A stretch of DNA of 64,000 nt from positions 32,001 to 96,000 of the forward strand of contig JAYFMW010000010.1 of assembly GCA_042408215.1 (NCBI GenBank), written 5' to 3'. Positions 11,121-20,320 of this stretch are shown here, piece after piece; the first letter of the stretch is position 1; every line of letters begins with the position of its first letter. Source of the stretch: Microcoleus sp. (lineage in GTDB: Bacteria > Cyanobacteriota > Cyanobacteriia > Cyanobacteriales > Microcoleaceae). A model generated the notes under the pieces. It worked only from the letters and a program-made list of their open reading frames with translations, had not been told where the DNA came from and did not search any database. A program made the translations under genes and the position numbers.

Positions 11121-11736
11121 GAAGTCTCGATCCCCCCTAGCCCCCCTTAATAAGGGGGGGACAAGAGTTTTATGGAAGTCTCGATCTCCCCTAGCCCCCT
11201 TTAATAAGGGGGGGACAAGAGTTTTATGGAAGTCTCGATCTCCCCTAGCTCCCTTTAATAAGGGGGGGACAAGAGTTTTATCGAAGTCTCGATCTCCCCT
11301 AGCTCCCCTTAATAAGGGGGGACAAGAGTTTTATCGAAGTCTCGATCTCCCCTAGCTCCCTTTAATAAGGGGGGGACAAGAGTTTTATCGAAGTCTCGAT
11401 CTCCCCTAGCTCCCCTTAATAAGGGGGGACAAGAGTTTTATCGAAGTCTCGATCCCCCCTAGCCCCCCTTAATAAGGGGGGGACAAGAGTTTTATCGAAG
11501 TCTCGATCTCCCCTAGCTCCCCTTAATAAGGGGGGGACAAGAGTTTTATCGAAGTCTCGATCTCCCCTAGCTCCCCTTAATAAGGGGGGACAAGAGTTTT
11601 ATCGAAGTCTCGATCTCCCCTAGCTCCCTTTAATAAGGGGGGACAAGAGTTTTATCGAAGTCTCGATCTCCCCTAGCTCCCCTTAATAAGGGGGGGACAA
11701 GAGTTTTATCGAAGTCTCGATCCCCCCTAGCTCCCC
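11121..11736. repeat. Tandem array of about 11.5 copies of a 53-54 bp hairpin-containing unit
   Basis: Unit gaagtctcgatctcccctagctccccttaataagggggggacaagagttttatc; no unique spacers. Confidence 0.95.
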
Positions 11737-11744
11737 AACCTAAG

Positions 11745-12597
11745 CTATGCCTTACTCACATCTTTCTTAACAAAATTAGGCTTGACATCCGGGGGGGAAT
11801 GGGTGGAAACTAATTTCCATGTAGCCGCAATGTCATGCAAATGTTGCCAGCCTCGCCAGAGGGTCTTGACACCCGGTTCACCATCTCCTTTACGTCCCAA
11901 AAATCCACGCCCGTTTCGCAATCCAATGAATGCAATTACTTAAAGTTGGGGGTGATTCAGTGGGGATAGGAGTAGAATGAATCGTGCAGTAAAGTGCTTA
12001 CCACTCATGGGTTTCCAGAAGGGTGTCCCCTCCAAGCTCAGGATGATGACGAGATTCGTAAATCATCCATAATCAACGCCAAGCCACAATTGTATAGGTA
12101 GATATTGCTCCTTCGATGCGATCGGCAGTTTCCAATTGTAGCTGTTTTAAACCACATCCACTTTTAAGAACGTAATGACAGCGTTCGATTAACCAACGGT
12201 AACTGTACCAACGTCAGCATTGGACAAGATCATCAAAACCAGTAATCGGCAAGGTAGTTAATAACAACCAGCTCACAGGCTTCTCTGTGGCTGGCGGGTT
12301 TGCTTCACCAGCCAGAATTACTTGCACTCGCAGTGGCTGTAAATTCTGACGCCCAGGGTGGCTCTGAGGAGGTAAAATTGCGACCGTTGTAGCCCGCAGG
12401 TTCAGAATCGCTTTACGAGCTGAACGTTGCGGATTAGCCCGCAAATAAGGGCTGATTTTTCCCGCCACGGGTATTTGGGCGATCGCAGTTTGTAGTCGCT
12501 CTACTTCTAGAGTCCCATCAGAGTTCTTAACTTGGCGGTTGTGGTAAGCACGAATTAACAACTCAGAATTTTCTGACCTTTCTTGAGCTAAAAAGTC
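11745..12597 (-). mobile_element. IS4-family (IS50/Tn5-like) transposase remnant, 3' half with right end
   Basis: PVSWLLLTTLP, RWLIER.HYVLKSG and FLGRKGDGEPGVKTLWRG motifs with stops and frameshifts; end AGATGTGAGTAAGGCATAG resembles the IS50 end. Confidence 0.85.
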
Positions 12598-14110
12598 TTG
12601 ACACTCCCCAGCTATCAAGGCGTGGGGATTCTTTGTTCATAGAGCCAACGTGCTGCGGACAGGATTTCTCCAACCAGAGTAGAGGTCGATTCTCCTAAAG
12701 CGTTGCTTGCATAAGCGTGCAAAGGCGATGCCCTGAGCGTAGCCGAAGGGTGACCGTATCCCTGCCGTACCCAATCCTCTCCTGGAGGATATTTCTAGCT
12801 GCGTTAAAATCTCTATCCATTACACAACCGCACTTACAAACATGGGTTCTAGTGGATAGCGTTTTCTTCACAATTTCACCGCAACTAGAGCATTCTTGGC
12901 TGGTATATAGGGGATTTACCGCAACCGTTACTTTCTCAAATACTTTGGCGAAGTATTCAATCCAGATACGGAACTGATACCAAGATGCGTCATTAATAGA
13001 CTTAGCTAAACAATGATTCTTCACCATATTTTTAATTCTCAAGTTTTCGTAATCTATCAAGTCGTTAAACGCTCTCTACGCACCTTGCAAGTTTTATTGC
13101 ATGGTGCAATACGATTGCCTACTTATTTTGAGATGGCTTTTTCCTAAAATCTGTCTAGCTTTGCCTCTATTTTTTGAACCTTTTACTTTCCTAGATACAC
13201 GACGTTGAGAGTGCTTAATAACTGTTTCACCTTGACGTAGAAATCTAGGATTTTCAACCGTCACTCCGTTTGAATCGGTGTAATATTCTTTCAGCCCAAC
13301 ATCTAATCCGATGGTATTTCCTCTTATGTTCTGTGTTTTCCTTGCGGTCAACACTAATACAGAATTGGACGTACACGCCGTCTGCACGTTTCACCAATCT
13401 TACTCGTTTGATTTGGCTGATTTGGTAGAAATGCAAATCCCGTGTTCCCTTTAATTTGAGTTTACCAATCCCTTTTTTGTCGGTGAATTTGATTGACTTC
13501 CTGTCATCCGCAAGTTTCCATCCAGTTGATTTATACTCAACTGAGCGACAGTATTTCTGAAATTGTGGATCTCCTTTTTTACCTGGAATTGACCAATAAT
13601 TTCAAAGGTGGTACAAGCCCCCGGATTGATCCGTGGAATCAATCCAAAATCCCAAATCTAAAATCCTCAAGCCCCCGCATTTATACGTGGGGTAAATCTA
13701 AAATCTAAAATCTAAAATCTAAAATCGATTGACTTTTTGCAGTTCTCGTAAAATCGGGAGATAGCAGACCAGGCTCGTTCAGCACGCTTATTGTCTAGCT
13801 TGAGAGTTAAGTTCGTCGGCAAACGGGAAATCACGAGCCAATACAGCACAATATTTGTTGAAATCATATTTATCTATTTTTTGGTTGTCCATCCAATAGC
13901 GCAAACAGCTATTGCGGACAAATTGTGCTGTACGAATCGCTTCATTTACTGCTGCAATCTGACTGGATTTGACCTAAGCTTTGAACTCAAAAACTAGCAT
14001 TGTTCTACCTCCTGCCTTATGCTATCTTTCCGCACAAGATTGGCTGGTATTGTAACAAAGGTTTGCAATTAAAGCCGTCCTTTTAGGACGGGGTTTTAAC
14101 CCTCCGCTAC
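12598..14110 (-). mobile_element. tnpB: IS200/IS605-family element with pseudogenised tnpB
   Basis: MLVFEFKA start near 14000; IGLDVG, YENL, CSSC and DRDFNAA motifs across frameshifted pieces; left-end hairpin ccgtccttttaggacgg near 14076; right end ...gagtgtcaa at 12598; small repeat inserted at about 13612-13732. Confidence 0.85.
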
Positions 14111-14661
14111 GCTCCGCCCAATTTCCTGATCACCGCGGCTATCAACAAGCTTTAGATGATTTTGGCATCACGCAACTGCTATCGGGTATCCGCAGCTACT
14201 CCGATCGGGACTTTGAGGCCGATCGCGCGTGCATGACTCAGCCAGAGCTCGAAAGCTTGGCGGTGTTTCTGATTCTGCGCGTCGGGGCGAATCTGAAAGG
14301 AAGTGCGATCGCCCGCTATCTCAACACTCTCAGAAAAGCCAATTCTCCGACGATCGCCGATCGCCCCGCGATCGAACTCAACTCAAATCCGCGAGGGAAA
14401 ACACCTGAAATCTCAAAGGAGGGCGATGGCTACGCCCCGGCTTGCGCCTACGCAATTCTTGGGCGATCGTCCGAATTTTACCGAATGCTCAGCATTATAC
14501 GATCGCCCGTTTTGTCAATCGCCAAGATGCGGACGATCGGCGGAGGGCTTTGTGTCGGTTTATTCCAGGGGGTGTGTTTGAAGCTATGTGCGATCGGGCC
14601 TAATCAACAAATACAAATCCCGTTTTTTAAGGGGAACTTTGTATCTCTCACTTGTTGTTGA
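14110..14661 (+). pseudogene. 5'-truncated hypothetical gene next to the IS left end
   Basis: Open frame PDHRGYQQALDDFGITQLL... continuing into ORF 14233..14661; degenerate 3' part. Confidence 0.35.
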
Positions 14662-14813
14662 GTTTTGATCCCCCTAAATCCCCCTTAAGAAGGGGGACTT
14701 GGAATGCTCTTGTCCCACACCCCCTACTCCCCTACTCCCCTTCTTAAGGGGGAGTAGGGGGCAAGCTAAGGGGGATCGAGACTATTTTGGCATCCAATAA
14801 ACCCGCCCCGACT

Positions 14814-15704
14814 TTATTTAGACGGTTGAGAAGGTGCGGGACTTATAATTAACAATTGATCGCCCGATTGACTTTGTTGAACAGCAATCACTGGCGGTCG
14901 AGCTTTAGGGTCTTTTTGCTGTTCTGTTGTTAAAGCAGGAAACAGATAAATCCAGCTACCTCTTTCCAAAAGCAACCGCCAAACTCTAGGTTCTTTGGGG
15001 TTATTGATATCAGTATAATCTCTTTTGCTCAAATCTTCAAATAGACCTGCATCGCCGATCGCCTTAAATCCTTTGGGGGCTAGTCGGAGTGTTGGATCAT
15101 CGAGTTTTCTGCCTAAAACAATGTTGTCTTGCTTGGCGATTAAAGCAACGGCGGGTAAAGTCGAATTTTCCCCGGCATCGCGTCGGGCATCGGCAATACC
15201 TTGGTGGTAAGCTGACCAAAACAACACTAGCAATACCCAACCGACGATGATAATTTCGTCAACGAGCGATCGCAATAATTTGACTGAGTTATATCTATTG
15301 ACATTAAATTGTTGCCAAGACTTCAGAATGCGGTAAAGCCACCTGAATCTTGTGCCGCCAGGATAGGAAAGCGATCCTGCAAGGATGCCATTAATTTTAG
15401 TAGCAACTGTCTTGTTTATACTATTAACCAGCCACAAAGTGTGGTAAATCGCGAGGGATGTCAGCAGAAGGGCGATCGCACTTTTGAGGATCGTCCAGCT
15501 ATCACCTAAAAACACCTGAAGCGGGACAATGAAAAACGATTCTACTGGTAAATCGAGGGTAATTACATTTAGCTGAAAGCAGGAAAAATAAGACCAGCGA
15601 TAAATCCAGCCGGTGAAAAACAAAGCGGCACCAAGCAAGCCAATCACACTGGCAAAGTTGCCTAAAATATTCGATTCGGGAGTAGGTTGGGGAGAAGCGG
15701 TCAC
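14814..15704 (-). CDS. Hypothetical membrane protein (about 3 TM segments plus C-terminal soluble domain)
   Basis: 296-aa ORF with hydrophobic segments; no recognised family. Confidence 0.75.
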   Translation of the reverse strand: MTASPQPTPESNILGNFASVIGLLGAALFFTGWIYRWSYFSCFQLNVITLDLPVESFFIVPLQVFLGDSWTILKSAIALLLTSLAIYHTLWLVNSINKTVATKINGILAGSLSYPGGTRFRWLYRILKSWQQFNVNRYNSVKLLRSLVDEIIIVGWVLLVLFWSAYHQGIADARRDAGENSTLPAVALIAKQDNIVLGRKLDDPTLRLAPKGFKAIGDAGLFEDLSKRDYTDINNPKEPRVWRLLLERGSWIYLFPALTTEQQKDPKARPPVIAVQQSQSGDQLLIISPAPSQPSK

Positions 15705-15787
15705 GGAATCACCTTCAAGGGATGTGAAGTATAATTGTATAATGGTATTGGGGTTAACGCTTCGCCTTGAAGGGGGTTTAGGGGACT

Positions 15788-16390
15788 ATGAAATACAAAA
15801 CACTTTCTTTTCTAGTTGTAGCACTTTTTACGGTAACAGCGGGTATGGCAGCACAAGTTAATGCGGCCAGTCAGGATGTCCCGAAACAGAATTTGCGATC
15901 GGTACAAGCACAGGCTAGCGCTAGCCAGCCCATACCCGTAGCGTTGCCGACGCAAGCGGAAATTGTGATGAAAGGCGGCGGAAAAAGAGACGGTCGAGTT
16001 GTGCAGATTGATGAGAAAGTGCAACAATTATGGATACAGGGAGGACAGGAAAAGCGATCGCTTCCTTTGAGTCAAATTGATAAAATCGTGTTTCCCAACA
16101 ATGCAGTGGTTTATCTCAGTAATGGGGGGCCAGTTGTTCGGGGCGATGGCACTCCAGCGAAAGGCCGTCCAGAGACTTGGCGTGGTATTCCTATGAACGC
16201 TTTTCGCTTGCTAGATCCGAATAAAGGTCAAGCGGATGTGAAGCTAGAGTCTGTTCTTTCTCTTGACAAGTTGGACAGTATCAGGTCAGTTATGGTTGGA
16301 GATGGGAAAAATAAACGACAGTTTGTTGTCGATGAAATGCAGTTTGATGTGCAGAAAAAGACGATGACAATTGCAGCGACTCCCTATTGA
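15788..16390 (+). CDS. Hypothetical secreted protein
   Basis: Sec-type signal peptide MKYKTLSFLVVALFTVTAGMAAQVNA; RBS-like GGGGGA upstream. Confidence 0.8.
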   Translation: MKYKTLSFLVVALFTVTAGMAAQVNAASQDVPKQNLRSVQAQASASQPIPVALPTQAEIVMKGGGKRDGRVVQIDEKVQQLWIQGGQEKRSLPLSQIDKIVFPNNAVVYLSNGGPVVRGDGTPAKGRPETWRGIPMNAFRLLDPNKGQADVKLESVLSLDKLDSIRSVMVGDGKNKRQFVVDEMQFDVQKKTMTIAATPY

Positions 16391-16630
16391 GTCCGTCGGG
16401 AGGTCAGAAACCGGGTTTTTTTACGAAAATATTTCGTTGTAGGGCGCAGATTCGGTAAAAAACCCGGTTTCTTTAGTCGGAGTGTGTAAGTTCTGTCCGC
16501 CTTTGTTTGGCTGCGATCGCGATTTAATTTCAATATCTGACGGTTTTGACGAGCCATTAGAAGATTGCAAGGATTAAAAGATTCTGCGTTTGATGCCTAT
16601 CCTATTAATCAAATTTGGTTAATTATAAAA

Positions 16631-19474
16631 ATGATGAAACGATTTATCAGCAGTGTTTTGGTTTTGGGTGTGTGTCTGACTCCTCTGACTGTGCCGGTGA
16701 TGGTTCAACCTAGTTGGGCGCAACGTCAAGATTTGCAGGTTGAAGAATTACAGAGACTTATACAGCAGGTTCAAGAAGTACAGAAACTTATACAGCAAGC
16801 AAAGCAACAGCGACAGCAAGGACAACCGCGACAGGCAATAGAAACATTGCAGCAGGTTCTAGCCATTGCAAGACAATTTAAAATGAGAAAAATTGAAGCC
16901 TTAGCACTCACTTCTATTGGTTTTAACTACCACATAATCGGACAACCACAAGAGGCATTGAAATACTATAACCAAGCTTTGCCAATTAGGCGGGAAGTGG
17001 GCGATCGCCCTGGGGAAGCTACTACATTAAATAATCTTGGTGGAGTTTACGATAGTATCGGACAACCACAAGAGGCTTTAAAATACTATAACCAAGCTTT
17101 ACTCATTAGGGGAGAAGTAAAAGATCGCGCCGCAGAAGCTTCTACATTGAATAATATTGGTGCAGTGTACAACAGCATCGGACAACCGCAAGAAGCTTTG
17201 AAATACTTTAACCAAGCTTTACCAATTATGCAGAAAGTAAGTGATCGCGCGGGGGAAGCTGCTACTTTGAATAATCTTGGTGGAGTTTACGATAGTATCG
17301 GACAACCACAAGAAGCATTAAAATACTTTAATCAAGCTTTACCAATTATGCGGGAAGTAAAAGATCGCGCGGGGGAAGCTGCTACTTTGAATAATATTGG
17401 TTTAATTTCCCAACCGCAAGAAGCATTAAAATACTTTAATCAAGCTTTAGCAATTATGCGGGAAGTAAAAGATCGCGCCGGAGAAGGTACTACTTTGAAT
17501 AATATTGGTCAAGTGTACGACAGCATCGGACAGCCACAAGAAGCATTGAAATACTTTAATCAAGCTTTACCAATTAGGCGGGAAGTAAGCGATCGCGCGG
17601 GGGAAGCTGCTACTTTGAATAACATTGGTGCAGTGTTCAACAGCATTTCCCAACCGCAAGCAGCCTTGAAATTCTATAACCAAGCTTTACCAATTATGCG
17701 GGAAGTAAAAGATCGTGCTGGGGAAGCTATTACTTTGAACAATATTGGTGGAGTGTACAGCAGCATCTCTCAACCGCAAGAAGCTTTGAAATACTATAAC
17801 CAAGCTTTACCAATTATGCGGGAAGTAAAATATCGTGCTGGGGAATCTGCTGCTTTGATTAATATAGGTGCAGTTTACGATAGCATCTCTCAACCGCAAG
17901 AAGCTTTGAAATACTATAACCAAGCTTTACCAATTATACGGGCAGTGAGCGATCGCGCGGTGGAAGCTACTACTTTGAGTAATATCGGTTCTGTCTACCA
18001 AGATACTAATAAACCCACTGATGCTATCGACTATTGGGAGAAATCTGTCGAAATTACTTTAAAAATGCGGAGTGGTTTACAACGGGAAAATCGCAAAAAG
18101 TTTCTAGAAGCTAAAAGCGGAACTCCGATCGCCCTTACTTCCCTTCTCATCGATCAAAACCAAGCCGATCGCGCTTTCCAATGGGTCAACATCGCCACCA
18201 CAGCCGATCTCGCCGACTACACCCGCTTAATTAACGCCAAAGTAGCCAACCCCCAAGCACAAAAAGCCCTTGACGAGTGGAATCAAAAAAATCAACAACT
18301 CCAATTCCTCCGCCGCCAACTCGAAGACAAATTCTCAGAAAATCTCTCCCGACAAATGCGCGAATTAGAAACAGAAGTCAACCGCAAAGCAGAAGAAATC
18401 TCCCGCCAATTCCCAGAAGTCGCCGAACTCTTTGAAACCACACCCAAAGACATCGCCCAACTGAAAGCAAGTATCGCACCAGATACCGTTGTCATTCAAC
18501 CCGTCTTGCTCACAAATGTCACAAATGTCCCCAATACCATCGCCCTATTTGTCTTGACAAAAGACAGTTTAAGTGTTAAAAAGATTCCCATCGACCCCGC
18601 AGAATTCGACAAACTGCTCACCGAACACCGCGAAGAAATATCAAACTATCTCACTTCAGATTACAGAAAAACTGGCGGCAAACTATACGACATCCTCATT
18701 CGCCCTGTAGAAGACCAAATACAGGCATTATCTCCCAAACAATTGAGCATCATCGCCACAGGAAAATTGCGTTACATCCCCTTTGAAACCCTTTGGGACA
18801 CGAAAACTCGCCAATTCCTAATCCAGAAATATCCCGTCAACTATCTCACTCGCATTTCTACAAGTAAAATTACAGATTCGACATTACAAGGTGGAGTCTT
18901 AGCATTAGGTAATCCCATCCCCCGTCTGCCCCAAAATCTACCAGGTACAGAAGAAGAAGTTAGAAATATCGCTCAATTATTGCCGGGAAGTTCCGCCTAT
19001 ATCGGCAATGCTGCCACCCTCGACCAATTCAAAACTCAAGCACCCCGCTTTCCGTTTTTGCACCTAGCAACTCACGGCTGTTTCCAACAGGGAGGCTGTC
19101 CAAAATTGGGGATGGAGGAAAATACCCTGCTATTTGCTGACAGCCAATTCAATATTCGCGAGGCGGCGTTATTAGGATTGCAAAACACCAGACTCCTCAC
19201 CTTAAGCGCGTGTCAAACTGCTTTGCAAGCAAATTCTAACGGTGAAGAAATATCGGGAGTTGCCTATGTATTTGAGCGTGCGGGCGCACGAGCTGTGATG
19301 GCGACTTTGTGGATTGTTTCGGATTCAGCTACTAAAGAGTTGATGGTTGAATTTTATCAAAATATCAATAAAGGGATGAGTAAAAATGAAGCTTTGCGGC
19401 AAGCTAAATTGAGTCAAATTGGTCGCCATCCGTTTTATTGGTCGCCGTTTATTTTAATTGGCGATGCGCGGTAG
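16631..19474 (+). CDS. Secreted TPR-repeat CHAT (caspase HetF-associated) protease
   Basis: Signal peptide; about 10 40-aa TPR units; catalytic LHLATHG and LSACQT motifs; HPFYWSPF C-terminus. Confidence 0.92.
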   Translation: MMKRFISSVLVLGVCLTPLTVPVMVQPSWAQRQDLQVEELQRLIQQVQEVQKLIQQAKQQRQQGQPRQAIETLQQVLAIARQFKMRKIEALALTSIGFNYHIIGQPQEALKYYNQALPIRREVGDRPGEATTLNNLGGVYDSIGQPQEALKYYNQALLIRGEVKDRAAEASTLNNIGAVYNSIGQPQEALKYFNQALPIMQKVSDRAGEAATLNNLGGVYDSIGQPQEALKYFNQALPIMREVKDRAGEAATLNNIGLISQPQEALKYFNQALAIMREVKDRAGEGTTLNNIGQVYDSIGQPQEALKYFNQALPIRREVSDRAGEAATLNNIGAVFNSISQPQAALKFYNQALPIMREVKDRAGEAITLNNIGGVYSSISQPQEALKYYNQALPIMREVKYRAGESAALINIGAVYDSISQPQEALKYYNQALPIIRAVSDRAVEATTLSNIGSVYQDTNKPTDAIDYWEKSVEITLKMRSGLQRENRKKFLEAKSGTPIALTSLLIDQNQADRAFQWVNIATTADLADYTRLINAKVANPQAQKALDEWNQKNQQLQFLRRQLEDKFSENLSRQMRELETEVNRKAEEISRQFPEVAELFETTPKDIAQLKASIAPDTVVIQPVLLTNVTNVPNTIALFVLTKDSLSVKKIPIDPAEFDKLLTEHREEISNYLTSDYRKTGGKLYDILIRPVEDQIQALSPKQLSIIATGKLRYIPFETLWDTKTRQFLIQKYPVNYLTRISTSKITDSTLQGGVLALGNPIPRLPQNLPGTEEEVRNIAQLLPGSSAYIGNAATLDQFKTQAPRFPFLHLATHGCFQQGGCPKLGMEENTLLFADSQFNIREAALLGLQNTRLLTLSACQTALQANSNGEEISGVAYVFERAGARAVMATLWIVSDSATKELMVEFYQNINKGMSKNEALRQAKLSQIGRHPFYWSPFILIGDAR

Positions 19475-19481
19475 TTGAAAT

Positions 19482-19677
19482 TCGGCGGTTGAAACCCGGC
19501 GGTTGAAACCCGGCGGTTGAAACCCGGCGGTTGAAACCGCGTCTACACAAACAAAGTCCGCCTTCGCGGACTGAAGAATAAACCGGGTATTTGACGTATT
19601 TAGTCGTTCGCATGATCTGTTAATTTCTTAGTCCGCGTAGGCGGACTTCGTTTGTGTAGTAGCGGTTTCAACCGCCG
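19482..19677. repeat. MITE-like element with long terminal inverted repeats
   Basis: cggcggttgaaaccgc-gtctacacaaac-aaagtccgcc...gtccgcgtaggcggacttcgtttgtgtag-tagcggtttcaaccgccg; left tip amplified (cggcggttgaaacc x4). Confidence 0.8.
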
Positions 19678-19700
19678 AATCATCAAGGCGATAGCAAACT

Positions 19701-20285
19701 CTAAACTCTCCCCCACAAAGCCAATCCGCCGCCTCTTCCCCTCGCGGCAATTATCCCATCTTCTACCAGAAAATATGCAAAAAATGCCTGCTTCCCCACA
19801 CTTAAACTCAAAAATTCCGCCTCCCGCCCTTCACCGCCGCGAATGTATCCTTTATATACAGTTTTTCCCAACAACTTCACCGTAATTCTGGTAAAATCAA
19901 AAGCTAAAATATTATTAGGCAAAAACTTAGTCGGCCCGGAAAGAGTCAGTTCCATCGTACCAACTTTTACAGAATTTTCCACTCTGCCAATTTCGCTATT
20001 TTCTTCTCCTTCAGCCACAGGTTCTGCCGCATAAGCAATGGAAATTTTCGCAATCCATTGAGGGATGTAACGTCCAGCACCTAACACAATCCCCGCTTTT
20101 TTTCGAGTCTTTTTCGTGCCGGTGATAAAGCAGAGTTGCCAGTTGCCGGTTAGCTGGTTAAAGGAATAGCGAGTTTTGGTTTTTTTGGCGCTTTTCTCGG
20201 CTGCTAAGAGGGCTGCGACTACAACATCGGCAGATGGTTTAGAATTAGATTTGGCGGCTTGTTCTAGAATAGATGTGGTTTCCAT
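19701..20285 (-). CDS. Conserved hypothetical protein (PAP/fibrillin-like fold)
   Basis: LTGNWQLCF and AARGRGGGLALW motifs. Confidence 0.65.
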   Translation of the reverse strand: METTSILEQAAKSNSKPSADVVVAALLAAEKSAKKTKTRYSFNQLTGNWQLCFITGTKKTRKKAGIVLGAGRYIPQWIAKISIAYAAEPVAEGEENSEIGRVENSVKVGTMELTLSGPTKFLPNNILAFDFTRITVKLLGKTVYKGYIRGGEGREAEFLSLSVGKQAFFAYFLVEDGIIAARGRGGGLALWGRV

Positions 20286-20320
20286 ATAGAATTAGATAGT
20301 TCGATCGCCCAGAGAGTACC

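Noticed and set aside
11121..11736. Possible CRISPR array
   Set aside because: Units are near-identical end to end with no unique spacers, and no cas genes are nearby
16900..18000. 120-bp DNA repeats as a non-coding array or diversity-generating element
   Set aside because: Fully explained by in-frame TPR units; no reverse transcriptase in the window
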